Below, one piece after another: positions 25,737 to 35,203 of a stretch of 36,478 bases of DNA. The position numbers and the translations under genes were made by a program. Source of the DNA: Candidatus Thorarchaeota archaeon (lineage in GTDB: Archaea > Asgardarchaeota > Thorarchaeia > Thorarchaeales > Thorarchaeaceae); assembly GCA_016839445.1 (NCBI GenBank), contig JAEOUG010000096.1, forward strand, positions 1 through 36,478. Reading direction: 5' to 3'. Under the pieces are notes generated by a model that was given only the letters and a program-made list of their open reading frames with translations, ran no database searches and had not been told where the DNA came from. Position 1 is the stretch's first letter, and the number at the start of each line of letters is the position of its first letter.

Positions 25737-26903
25737 ATGGACTGGACCTCACACACAATGGAACGCATCCCTCCCTCGGGAACTCTGAAAATGTTTGACT
25801 TGGCCAAAAAGCTTGAGAAAGAAGGACGGAAGATATACCACTTCGAGGTGGGACAGCCTGACTTCCCGACCCCTGACAATGTCGTTGAAGCAGGAGTCAA
25901 AGCTCTTCGGGGCGGAATGACGAAATACACACCTGCAAGAGGGATTCCTCCTCTCTTAGACGCAATTGAGGGGTACTACGCGAGCCGCGGTCACAAGATA
26001 GAAGGCGACAGCAACGTCGTGGTCACTCCTGGCGCAAAAATGGCCCTCTTCGCGGGCTTCCTGAGCACGATTGACGCCGGAGACGACGTCTTGGTCCTTT
26101 CACCTGCTTGGCCCACATACCGTGTGATGATAAGAACAGTGGGTGCAAAGCCAGTTGATGTCCCGACCAAACCAGGATACGAGCTTGACGAGGAGGTCTT
26201 GAAGAGCAAGGCGACAAAAACAGTATCTGCCTTGGTAATCAATACCCCTAACAATCCTACAGGCGGTGTCCTAGGCAAAGAGCAGTTGAGGTTGATTCTC
26301 GACCTTGCCGAGGATAGAGACTTCGTTGTCTTTTCTGATGAGATATACGAATCCCTTGTCTATGATGGCTTCAAGCAGACCTCGATGCTTGATGCTGACC
26401 CGAACATGGAGCACACACTAATCATCAACGGCCTCTCAAAGGCCTACTCCATGACGGGTTGGCGTCTAGGATATGCCATCGGCAATCCTGAAACGATTGA
26501 GAACATGGTTCGCATTCAGCAGAACACCACATCATGTGCGACATCCTTCGTTCAGGCTGCTGGAGTCGAAGCTCTCACAGGTAGCCAGGACTCAGTACAG
26601 AAGATGGTTGACGAGTATCAGAAGCGTAGAGACGAGATTACACGAATCTTCTGTGAGATTGAGGGAATTCAGTGTGTGAATCCCAAAGGCGCCTTCTACG
26701 TCTTCCCTGATTTCTCTGAGTGGGGTCTAAGCAGCATGACTCTGGCAGAGCTGATCCTCAAGAAGACTGGCGTCACAAGCACACCAGGAAGCGCTTTCGG
26801 AGAGCAGTATGACCATCACCTTAGATTCTCCTATTCTCTTTCGCTGGACGATATCCGAGAAGGTCTCGCTGAGATGCGCAAGTTCCTGGCCACCATCAGA
26901 TAG
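25737..26903 (+). CDS. aspC: Class I/II PLP aminotransferase (aspartate aminotransferase-like)
   Basis: GQPDF, NTPNNPTG, SDEIY, SKAYSMTGWRLG and PKGAFY. Likely start ATG 25737. Confidence 0.93.
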   Translation: MDWTSHTMERIPPSGTLKMFDLAKKLEKEGRKIYHFEVGQPDFPTPDNVVEAGVKALRGGMTKYTPARGIPPLLDAIEGYYASRGHKIEGDSNVVVTPGAKMALFAGFLSTIDAGDDVLVLSPAWPTYRVMIRTVGAKPVDVPTKPGYELDEEVLKSKATKTVSALVINTPNNPTGGVLGKEQLRLILDLAEDRDFVVFSDEIYESLVYDGFKQTSMLDADPNMEHTLIINGLSKAYSMTGWRLGYAIGNPETIENMVRIQQNTTSCATSFVQAAGVEALTGSQDSVQKMVDEYQKRRDEITRIFCEIEGIQCVNPKGAFYVFPDFSEWGLSSMTLAELILKKTGVTSTPGSAFGEQYDHHLRFSYSLSLDDIREGLAEMRKFLATIR

Positions 26904-26918
26904 AATTCACGACCGGAT

Positions 26919-27509
26919 GTGCGCAGATTGCCGGAAGGTAATGATGCAGTCAGATTCGAATGTCAGAAATGCGGAGCTTGTTGCAGAAGGCAACAGCTTC
27001 TGATCACTCTCAACGGAAGAGACATCGTGAGGATAGCCAGAGCACTTGGACTGGAGTCTGACAACATGCTGAAAATCGTCGATTTCATGATACTGCCGCA
27101 AGGAGCTACCCGGCCTGAGGGTCTCTTGGGTACTCCCAGTGCGGAAACGGAGCGTGGTCCGGCAGTTTTGGCTCTAAAGAAAATGAGAGGCGGCGACTGC
27201 GCCTTTCTTGAGAACAGCCTCTGTCTGATTCATGCTGCGAGGCCCTCTGTGTGCAGATCATTTCCGTTTGTGTTCAGGAGAGACTCTGAAGGAACATACT
27301 GGGGTCTGAGTGCTCAGAAGGAAATCTGCCCGGGACTTGATCATGGTCCTGAGGTGGAAGAGAGACAGCTCAGCAGTCTGGCCGCGGCTGTTCTCGATGA
27401 TATGGATGCGTATGCCGAGTTCGTCAACGAGTGGAACGAAGGAGAGCCTAGCCCCACGGCCCAGAAACTGATCGCTGCCATACTGATGGACTCAAGATTC
27501 AGAGATTAG
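26919..27509 (+). CDS. YkgJ/CxxCxxCC family Cys-cluster protein
   Basis: FECQKCGACCR, CAFL, CLIH..RPSVCRSFPF and CPGL. Confidence 0.92.
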   Translation: MRRLPEGNDAVRFECQKCGACCRRQQLLITLNGRDIVRIARALGLESDNMLKIVDFMILPQGATRPEGLLGTPSAETERGPAVLALKKMRGGDCAFLENSLCLIHAARPSVCRSFPFVFRRDSEGTYWGLSAQKEICPGLDHGPEVEERQLSSLAAAVLDDMDAYAEFVNEWNEGEPSPTAQKLIAAILMDSRFRD

Positions 27510-27513
27510 GGAC

Positions 27514-28470
27514 TCAGAGCTTGGTGAGTATCTGCAAGATGTTCCCGAAGTTGTGTTCGACTGTCCTGCTCTTCTCCGCGTAGCCTTCCAGTGCGTGCAG
27601 CCTCTCGTCGGCTCCCAGGATCTGCTGGAACCTGTCCGCCCGAATCTCATTGTGAATTCTCTCGTTGAGGCCGAGGATCTCGTCTGCCGTTCTCAGGATG
27701 TACTGAAGCATCTTTATGAGCAGATTGAAGTCGTTGATGTAGCGAAGCTGGAGTGTCTGGCTGTAGAACTGGAATTCTAGCCGTGCAAGTCTTTCTCGCA
27801 TGGCCGCTAGCTCAGAGAGCCACTCCTCTTTCCCTTCCTCGACAAGTGAATCCTCTGTCTTCTTCCAGTATGTCATCTGGTCTTGGAGCTGCACTAGGTA
27901 CTTGTGAAGAAAGGCGAAGTGGTCCACTCCCTCCTCGATGTCCTCTTCGGTGCCGATGGGTTCCATCATCTCATCCATCTGGCTGTGTTTTACAGCAATC
28001 ATGAGGGAGAACTTGTCCACGTACCTCTTGACCTCGTCCGTCTTCTCCTTCCTGGATAGTAAGTCGGCGAATGTATCACCTAGGGTCAGTATGAATTTGT
28101 AGAGACACTCTGAGCAGATCTCGGCCGAGGTCGTCAGCTCCTTCGTTGAAAGGAACTGCAACGCATCTTCAAGGTCGTCACCTGGGACGTCCTTTCCATG
28201 AATTCTGAGAACCCAGCCCTGAGAGATACAGTAGACCTTGTTGTCAGGGTAGTTGATGAAAATGGAGGCGTAGCAGATGTTCCCCTCTGTCGCTCTCTCG
28301 TCCTCCATGCCATCCTTTTTGGTGTGGAACGCAAAGAGGGAAGGATCCAGCTCAATTGCCTCGATTTCGAGGACACGGTCGTCGTTGACACATAGCTTCT
28401 CGTCTCCGAAGACCTTGTAGCACGGGCAGCCTCTGACTATCTTAATCTCCGATTGCCCCTGTTCAAGCAC
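27514..28470 (-). CDS. Hypothetical 7-Cys protein, paralog A
   Basis: GCPCYKVFGDEKLCVNDD ... ICY ... YCISQ ... CSECLYK, followed by a helical C-half. Confidence 0.85.
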   Translation of the reverse strand: MLEQGQSEIKIVRGCPCYKVFGDEKLCVNDDRVLEIEAIELDPSLFAFHTKKDGMEDERATEGNICYASIFINYPDNKVYCISQGWVLRIHGKDVPGDDLEDALQFLSTKELTTSAEICSECLYKFILTLGDTFADLLSRKEKTDEVKRYVDKFSLMIAVKHSQMDEMMEPIGTEEDIEEGVDHFAFLHKYLVQLQDQMTYWKKTEDSLVEEGKEEWLSELAAMRERLARLEFQFYSQTLQLRYINDFNLLIKMLQYILRTADEILGLNERIHNEIRADRFQQILGADERLHALEGYAEKSRTVEHNFGNILQILTKL

Positions 28471-28577
28471 TGTTCTCTGCTCCTAGCGTGTGGCCTCGAG
28501 GTTGCCCTCCAGAGAGGTCACCGTCATACGTTGGTTGGGATGCATTTAGCAGTTGTTGTGACGATACCGATACCAAA

Positions 28578-29564
28578 TCAGGACCTTCGTGAAGTGATCT
28601 CTTTGAGAACCGAAGCCAGTTCTCTGAATCTCTCCTCGGTCTTCTTCCGTCTCTCAGAGCTCTCGAGCAAGATTTCGGATAGACTTCCGTTCACTACACC
28701 CTTAGCCATCAGCCTGTTCGTCTCCTCTACGATGTGCTCGGAGAGAGAGATCATTCTATCGGCGATTCCTATCATCACTCGAATCATCGTTTCCGCATCA
28801 TCGTACTCGGATGGGTTCTCAAGTCCGAGGACCTGGTAAAGGAACACCGCTTCCAACCGATGGAGTGAACGGTACGCTTCAATGAGATCTAGAAGAGCTC
28901 TATCCGCGCCGCTTCTCCTCAGGCGAAGTATTACAGAAGCCCACTTCGACCTCGATTTCCCTACTCTCTGTATGTACTTCGAGAGCGCATGCCTCTGAGA
29001 GTCGTCCACACTCGAGGGATCTGGGATTCTCACTCCGCTTAGCTCGGACGACATCTTGTAGCCTATCTCGCGGATGTACTGGCTGACGACCTCTTCTCTC
29101 TCGGACGACGTGAAGTATCCCTGAGAGGCATCGCCAAGGGTTCGAAGATACTTGTATAGGCACTCTGAGCACATGAGGCCGTCTGACATCTTCTCTGTGT
29201 TTGTGACGAAGCTAAGCGCGCTGTCAATGTCTGAAACGGTGATGTCTTTGCTGTCGATTCGGATCTTCTGATACTGGCTAACGCAGTAACAGTGGTTCTT
29301 CTCCCGGTCGAGGAATATCAACAGGTAGCACATGCTCTCGTTCTCGCTCTTGGTTTCCTCCAGCTCCTCAGAAGAAGTCACACTCTCAAAGAAAGCAGCG
29401 TCCACAGAAATCGCGTTTACAGGAAGAACGTCGTCGTTGTTGAGGCAGACCTTCTCATCACCAAACTGCCTGAAACATGGGCAGCCCTTCACAAGTGTGA
29501 CTGGTTCGTCTTGGTTCCCTTTGAGAACAGCCTGGTCAAACTCCAATACGAGGGCCTCAATCAC
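28578..29564 (-). CDS. Hypothetical 7-Cys protein, paralog B
   Basis: GCPCFRQFGDEKVCLNND ... MCY ... YCVSQ ... CSECLYK; collinear with paralog A. Confidence 0.85.
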   Translation of the reverse strand: MIEALVLEFDQAVLKGNQDEPVTLVKGCPCFRQFGDEKVCLNNDDVLPVNAISVDAAFFESVTSSEELEETKSENESMCYLLIFLDREKNHCYCVSQYQKIRIDSKDITVSDIDSALSFVTNTEKMSDGLMCSECLYKYLRTLGDASQGYFTSSEREEVVSQYIREIGYKMSSELSGVRIPDPSSVDDSQRHALSKYIQRVGKSRSKWASVILRLRRSGADRALLDLIEAYRSLHRLEAVFLYQVLGLENPSEYDDAETMIRVMIGIADRMISLSEHIVEETNRLMAKGVVNGSLSEILLESSERRKKTEERFRELASVLKEITSRRS

Positions 29565-29608
29565 TTGGTTCTTTGGGCGCGCTTGGCGCCTCTGCCTGTG
29601 TATTAGTT

Positions 29609-29630
29609 GTTGATATAAGCTAATATCAAC
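29609..29630. promoter_or_regulatory. Palindromic operator overlapping a TATA-like box
   Basis: Perfect GTTGATAT-N6-ATATCAAC; the minus strand reads CTTATATC; lies 45 nt upstream of paralog B. Confidence 0.6.
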
Positions 29631-29752
29631 GTTTCTTTTACATCATCCTCGCGATACGACGCGCGCCGCACAGTGAGGCCTACTGCGCTTTTGAGTGAAT
29701 CTAGCACGTCTGATGTTTGGCGCGGGAAGCGTGTATGTTCTCTGTTCTCAGC

Positions 29753-29893
29753 CTAGCCCCAGAGCTCTCTCTTTAGAAGGTCGCGGATGGCGATTCGGAT
29801 TGCCTCTGATCTGTTAGGATAGAGGTTGCTCTCAACCAGGCGCTCGAGCCCTTCGACGTATTGCTCCGGTATGTGTAATGTTACGAGCTTCAT
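29753..29893 (-). CDS. Ribbon-helix-helix regulator, CdrS-like (46 aa)
   Basis: Manual translation: MKLVTLHIPEQYVEGLERLVESNLYPNRSEAIRIAIRDLLKRELWG; GGTGA SD upstream; below the ORF-track cutoff. Confidence 0.9.
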   Translation of the reverse strand: MKLVTLHIPEQYVEGLERLVESNLYPNRSEAIRIAIRDLLKRELWG

Positions 29894-30054
29894 GGTAGTA
29901 GTCACCAAGCAATCTCTGGGTCATACGGGGATATGATACTGAGTATTACCCGCTTGGATATTTGAATTCACGAAGCCATTGGAGTGGTTAGAAGCGATAA
30001 GTTATATCGGGTCCATATTGCACCCTGCCCGACCAACGTGAGGTAGTGTGTCAG

Positions 30055-32169
30055 GTGGACAGACAGAAAGGCATTGAAGTCCTCTTTAATCCACGTTCAA
30101 TTGCGGTGATAGGGGCTTCGTCAACAAAAGGGAAACTAGGCAATGATGTCATGCGCAACCTCATCGACAGTGGCTACGAGGGCAGGATCTATCCGATCAA
30201 TCCGAAGGGTGGAGAGATTCTGGGACAGAAGACATTCAGGTCTGTCAAGGACATAGCTAGCGACATAGACGTAGCGGTGATTGTGATTCCCGCCAAGTTC
30301 GTGCTCCCGGCTGTCAAGGAATGCGGCGAGAAGGGCGTGAAGGCTCTTGTCATTATCACCGCCGGTTTCAAAGAGATTGGGCACGAAGGTCAGGAATCTG
30401 AGAAGAAGCTTGTTGAGCTGGCCGAGAAGTACGGCATGGTCATCCAAGGGCCGAACTGCCTGGGCATAATCAACACGCACGCTCCATACAATGCATCCTT
30501 CTCTGCAGGGACACCGAAGAAGGGGACAATCGCCTTTGCCTCGCAGTCAGGCGCCCTCATGACCGGAATCCTGGATTGGAGCCTCATGGAGAAGATTGGA
30601 TTCTCCAAGTTCGTCAGTCTTGGTAACAAGGCTCACCTTGACGAGGCTGATTTCATCGATGCTTTTGGCAATGATCCTGATTCTACATTCATCTTGCTCT
30701 ATATCGAATCCGTGGTCGACGGCAAGAAGTTCATGGACGCCTGCCGCAGAGTCGTTCCACACAAGCCCATCTTCGTTGTCAAGTCCGGCGTCAGTGAAGC
30801 CGGAGCTCGCGCTGCATCTTCCCACACCGGTTCTCTGGCTGGAAGCGACACGGCATACGACGTGGCCTTCAAGCAGAGCGGCGTCAGCAGAGCTGTAGAC
30901 ATGGCGGCCCTCTTCGATGTTGCGTCAGTCTACGACGACATGAACCTTCCCGCAGGAAATCGAGTCGCCATTGTCACAAATGCCGGCGGGCCCGGAATCC
31001 TCACCACCGATGCCTGCGAGGCTAGTGGGCTAGACATTGCACAGCTCTCCAACGACACGATTGAGCACCTGAAGAGCAACCTCCCCGCCGCCGCAGCGGT
31101 CTACAACCCTATTGATGCACTTGGAACCGCTCAGCCTGAGGACTATGCTCTCTGTGTGGAGGCAGCTCTGCGAGATGAGAATGTCGACTCAGTGCTAGTG
31201 CTGCTTACCCCCCAGGCAATGACGAAAGAAACGGAGACCGCTCGAGTTCTCGTCGAATCACGAGAGAAGTACCCTGACAAACCGCTCATCGCAGTCTTCA
31301 TGGGTGGGAATTCGATGGTCTATCCTCGAATCGTACTGACTGAGGGCAAGATACCCGTATTTGATTTCCCAGAACGAGCAGTCCACGCCCTCGCAGAGCT
31401 CTACAAGTATACGCTGCACCGAGATAGCCTGAAGGATGAGGCCATCCCCAAGTTCAACCCCAACAAGAAGAAGGTTCAGGAAGTGATCGATGGGGTCCGT
31501 CGCGATGGGAGAAGGGTCCTACTGGGCAGCGAGGCTCACGAGATTGCAGAGGCCTATGGAATCAGGGTTGCCCGAATACGACTGGCCACCAGTTCTGAGG
31601 AGGCGAAGCAGCATGCTGAGGAGCTCGGCTATCCTGTTGTCTTGAAGATTGCCAGTCCTGACATTGTACACAAGAGTGATGTAGGTGGTATCAGGGTGGG
31701 TCTTACAAAACCTGAGGAGGTTGAGGAGGCCTTCCTGCAAATCCTGGACAGCGCTAAGCAGCACATGCCCAAGGCCATTGTGTACGGCGTAGACGTTCAG
31801 GAGATGGCTGAGAAGGGGAAGGAGCTCATAATCGGCTGCTCAAGGGATGTACAGTTCGGGCCGCTAATCATGTTTGGAGCAGGCGGCATCTTCGTGAACT
31901 ACTTGAAGGACATATCCTTCAGGCTGGCGCCTATGACAAGGACTGATGCGGAGGAACTCATCAATGAAACCAAGATGGGTATGCTTCTGAAAGGAGTCCG
32001 TGGAGAGCCTCCCAGTGACATCGCAGCTATCGAGGATACCATTCTTAGGATAAGCCAGATGGTGACAGACTTCGAGGAGATTGTGGAACTAGATATCAAT
32101 CCCGCCTTCGCCTATGTGAGCGGGCAGGGGATCTCAGCTGTGGACGTCAAGATCACGATAGGAGGTTGA
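30055..32169 (+). CDS. acd: ADP-forming acyl/acetyl-CoA synthetase, fused alpha-beta
   Basis: PRSIAVIGAS, GPNCLG, SQSGA, SHTGSLAG, TNAGGPG, NPID, HKSDVGG and ELDINP. Confidence 0.95.
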   Translation: MDRQKGIEVLFNPRSIAVIGASSTKGKLGNDVMRNLIDSGYEGRIYPINPKGGEILGQKTFRSVKDIASDIDVAVIVIPAKFVLPAVKECGEKGVKALVIITAGFKEIGHEGQESEKKLVELAEKYGMVIQGPNCLGIINTHAPYNASFSAGTPKKGTIAFASQSGALMTGILDWSLMEKIGFSKFVSLGNKAHLDEADFIDAFGNDPDSTFILLYIESVVDGKKFMDACRRVVPHKPIFVVKSGVSEAGARAASSHTGSLAGSDTAYDVAFKQSGVSRAVDMAALFDVASVYDDMNLPAGNRVAIVTNAGGPGILTTDACEASGLDIAQLSNDTIEHLKSNLPAAAAVYNPIDALGTAQPEDYALCVEAALRDENVDSVLVLLTPQAMTKETETARVLVESREKYPDKPLIAVFMGGNSMVYPRIVLTEGKIPVFDFPERAVHALAELYKYTLHRDSLKDEAIPKFNPNKKKVQEVIDGVRRDGRRVLLGSEAHEIAEAYGIRVARIRLATSSEEAKQHAEELGYPVVLKIASPDIVHKSDVGGIRVGLTKPEEVEEAFLQILDSAKQHMPKAIVYGVDVQEMAEKGKELIIGCSRDVQFGPLIMFGAGGIFVNYLKDISFRLAPMTRTDAEELINETKMGMLLKGVRGEPPSDIAAIEDTILRISQMVTDFEEIVELDINPAFAYVSGQGISAVDVKITIGG

Positions 32170-32173
32170 TTGT

Positions 32174-33238
32174 GTGGCGAAGAACATCGTCATCAGCGGC
32201 GACACTATGACTGGCAAGACGATGATCGCTGTCGCGCTCGCGCGGAAACTAGTGTCCGAGGGGAAGAAGGTAGGCTACTTCAAGCCTGCGGGAACCAAGT
32301 GCTTCCATCTCAGCACGCCTGGCGAAGATGTCGACGAAGATGCAACCATAATGAAGGGCCTTCTCGGGATGGATGAGCCCTTGGCTGTGATCTGTCCTAT
32401 TGTGCGCGCAACGTCTAGCTACGACGAGCTCCTCAAGATTGGCGATGCTGCTCTGAAAGAGCGTGTACGCGATTCATATGAAAGGATCTCCAAGGGTCGG
32501 GACTACGTCATTGTCGAGGGAACTAAGGCACCGTGGCATCTCCTGCATGTAGGGCTGTCCACCCCTCAGATTGCAGCAGAACTTGAAGCTCGGGTTGTCT
32601 GTCTCGTCAACTTCCCTGATGTAACTGCCATAGACGATGTGCTCTTGCAGAAGAATCTCTTCGCCAGAGAAGGCGCTGAGGACATAGGCATTGTCCTGAC
32701 TCAGGTTCCTCCAATGCTAAGGAAACCAATCACTGAAAGGATTGGGCCGTATCTGAAGACTCAGGGAGTTCGCTTCTGTGGGGCAATCTACCACCACAGG
32801 GAGCTCTTCAGTCCGACAATCCGAGAGATTCAGCGGGCTCTAGCAGGACAGATGGTCTTCGGCGAGGCGAAAGGGGATCTGCCCATAGACCAGTTCATGG
32901 TGGGCAGCATGGCTCCTGAGAATGCCCTGAAGTGGTTCAGGAGGGCGAAGGATAAGGCTGTGATAACTAGTGGGGATAGAACGGACATATGCCTCACTGC
33001 GCTTGAAACAGACACGAACCTGCTGATACTAACAGGCGGACTAGGACCCGACATGGCGACGCTAACCCGCGCGAGAGAGCTAGACGTGCCTATCATGACT
33101 ACGGCCCATGATACGTTTCGTACAAGCCAGATTGTGGATGGACTTGTCGGAACGGTTTCCGCAGACAATCCCGAGAAGCTATCTGATGTTGAGCGTATCC
33201 TTCGAGATTCGCTGGATCTTGATTGTCTTGGTGCCTAG
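32174..33238 (+). CDS. Phosphotransacetylase-N-terminus-like protein (BioD-like P-loop + DRTGG)
   Basis: TMTGKT, GYFKP, VIVEG, ITSGDRTD and LILTGG; no catalytic PTA domain. Confidence 0.9.
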   Translation: MAKNIVISGDTMTGKTMIAVALARKLVSEGKKVGYFKPAGTKCFHLSTPGEDVDEDATIMKGLLGMDEPLAVICPIVRATSSYDELLKIGDAALKERVRDSYERISKGRDYVIVEGTKAPWHLLHVGLSTPQIAAELEARVVCLVNFPDVTAIDDVLLQKNLFAREGAEDIGIVLTQVPPMLRKPITERIGPYLKTQGVRFCGAIYHHRELFSPTIREIQRALAGQMVFGEAKGDLPIDQFMVGSMAPENALKWFRRAKDKAVITSGDRTDICLTALETDTNLLILTGGLGPDMATLTRARELDVPIMTTAHDTFRTSQIVDGLVGTVSADNPEKLSDVERILRDSLDLDCLGA

Positions 33239-33520
33239 CATTCTCTGCGAGGAGCGGGATTGGGAGCACAAGGCTCCCTCCATAGAAACAGTTGAAACGC
33301 ACATTGCCGGGAGTCAGTTGTGCGCTTCCTGCCAAAGGATGCCTATGGGGCATAAGTCATCTTGTGTGTTGCAGCTAATACTAGGTCATTACTCGGAGCT
33401 GATTCTCCACAACACAGAGGACTTGTCAGAGTATCAGTCATCGACCGCCCTTTCTCGGAATACATAAATGGTCGCTGGAAGCACCGAGGGCTGCTTGACA
33501 AACCAACTTGAGGTGAACAA

Positions 33521-34291
33521 ATGGCTTCAGATGCTGCAAAGTCTGAATCTGACTCCGCCGGTAAGGCTGAAGATACGACTAAGACGACTGAAGAGCTTCA
33601 GTCGTTGAGGCTTATCCGAGACCGCCGCTCTATTAGGGAGTTTACTGGTGAGAGGATTCCTGACGAGCATATTGAGATGATATTGGAGGCGGCACGGCAT
33701 GCTCCCAGTCCGGAGAACATGCTGATGATCCGCTTCATCGTAATCCGCGATGACAAAGAGGCCAAGGAGTTCTTGGCTGACATCGCTCAAGAAATGGCCC
33801 AGACTGCATTCGGTGGTGCTCCATTCGAGCTCACTAGTGGGAGGAACTGGTTCATCAATGACCCCTACCGTGCCGCTGTCTACGCAAGGCTAAGGGACGG
33901 TGAGCTGTTTCGCTATCCAGAGAAGAGCGATGCTGTGATCATCGTCTGTGCCAGCGAGGCATGGCATGATGCAGGCTATCTCTATCCAAACGAGTTGTTT
34001 GGGTCAGTTGTAGCCGGAATGGCAGTGCAGAACATGTGGCTCACTGCAACCGAGCTTGGCTACGGTTGTGGATATGAGGCCCTCATCTGCTCTGATCCTC
34101 GTCATGCAGAGCTTGTGAGAGACAAGCTTGGAATTCCACCAATCTGGACTCCGCTTACAGCATTCTGCATAGGTAAGAGAATATCTCCGAGAGCTCTTGG
34201 TCCCAGCAGAGCTCCCCTCGAAGGACTCATGTACGAGGAGCGGTGGGGCTATCCGTACAAGCGGTTGGCTTTCAGGAAGGAGGAGAAGTAG
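33521..34291 (+). CDS. Nitroreductase-family flavoprotein
   Basis: RRSIREF, ILEAARHAPS and QNMWLTATELGYG; GAGGTGA SD. Confidence 0.92.
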   Translation: MASDAAKSESDSAGKAEDTTKTTEELQSLRLIRDRRSIREFTGERIPDEHIEMILEAARHAPSPENMLMIRFIVIRDDKEAKEFLADIAQEMAQTAFGGAPFELTSGRNWFINDPYRAAVYARLRDGELFRYPEKSDAVIIVCASEAWHDAGYLYPNELFGSVVAGMAVQNMWLTATELGYGCGYEALICSDPRHAELVRDKLGIPPIWTPLTAFCIGKRISPRALGPSRAPLEGLMYEERWGYPYKRLAFRKEEK

Positions 34292-34292
34292 G

Positions 34293-34820
34293 ATGGACGT
34301 GAATTTCGAAGGAAAAACCCTCGACAACATGAAGGAGATGGCTGAAGAGGCCGGTCTCACTCTTGAAGGCTTCATTGAAGTTGTCATGGAGCAGTTCTGT
34401 GACAACAAGGGTGGACGTGTCTACACTGGGAGATGGTCCAGCGGCGAAGTCGATGGGGAGAAGGGATTCCGCTATGTCCCACAGTGGCCGTTCAGACCTG
34501 GGTTCAAAGAAGCTACCGGCGACCTAGTGAAGAAGTGGAAGTCTGGTGGCAAGAAGTTCAGGCCCCATCCGACTGGTGCATGGCCTTTCTATCCACGTCT
34601 TGAGGATGGGGACATCCAGCACGAGTACTGGAACACCAAGAAGATGATCCATCAGTCCTTCATCAACGACCGCAAGGGCAGAATCGTTGTCCTCATGGAG
34701 GGCGACCGATATGATGAGTTCATTCACACGATAAAGGAGAGAAAGGGGAACTTCTGGAGCGTGACAATCGACGACGTCATGCAGGAAGCCATCAGTGATT
34801 GGATTGCGAAGGAGGAGTAA
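34293..34820 (+). CDS. Hypothetical protein with RHH-like N- and C-terminal segments
   Basis: GGAGGAG SD, ATG 1 nt after the upstream stop; beta-alpha-alpha patterns at both ends. Confidence 0.75.
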   Translation: MDVNFEGKTLDNMKEMAEEAGLTLEGFIEVVMEQFCDNKGGRVYTGRWSSGEVDGEKGFRYVPQWPFRPGFKEATGDLVKKWKSGGKKFRPHPTGAWPFYPRLEDGDIQHEYWNTKKMIHQSFINDRKGRIVVLMEGDRYDEFIHTIKERKGNFWSVTIDDVMQEAISDWIAKEE

Positions 34821-34822
34821 GA

Positions 34823-35191
34823 ATGTCACAACTGCAAGAATTCTTCCAGTTCTTAATCGCCAAGGTGCGAGAGAAGGACGACCTACAGAAGCAAGTGGCT
34901 GACTGGATTGGCCCGTACCACGGCAAGATACTCCAAGTTTCAACTCCAGAGCATGGGCACCAATACATCGTGGTCACCAAGCATGCGCCCTTCATGGAGC
35001 TCAAGAATGGAATCTATCCAAGTCCCGATGTGATCTACAAGGCGAATGCAGAGACCCTATTGGGAATCTTCACTGGAGAGGTGAAATTCAAGGACACCAT
35101 GAAGGATGGCAGCCTCGATGTAATTGGCAACGCTCACGAGAGTGATGCCTTGGCCAACCTGATCCTTGCGGCCATGATGGGCGCTATGTAG
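34823..35191 (+). CDS. SCP2 sterol-carrier-like lipid-binding protein
   Basis: PDVIYKANAETLLGIFTGE ... MKDGSLDVIGN. Confidence 0.8.
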   Translation: MSQLQEFFQFLIAKVREKDDLQKQVADWIGPYHGKILQVSTPEHGHQYIVVTKHAPFMELKNGIYPSPDVIYKANAETLLGIFTGEVKFKDTMKDGSLDVIGNAHESDALANLILAAMMGAM

Positions 35192-35203
35192 GAGGCTCTA
35201 TCT

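Noticed and set aside
33108-33520. 119-aa ORF or structured ncRNA in the gap before the nitroreductase
   Set aside because: The ORF overlaps the upstream gene and lacks motifs; only a short GGGAGC/GCTCCC hairpin is visible, which is not enough to call an RNA.
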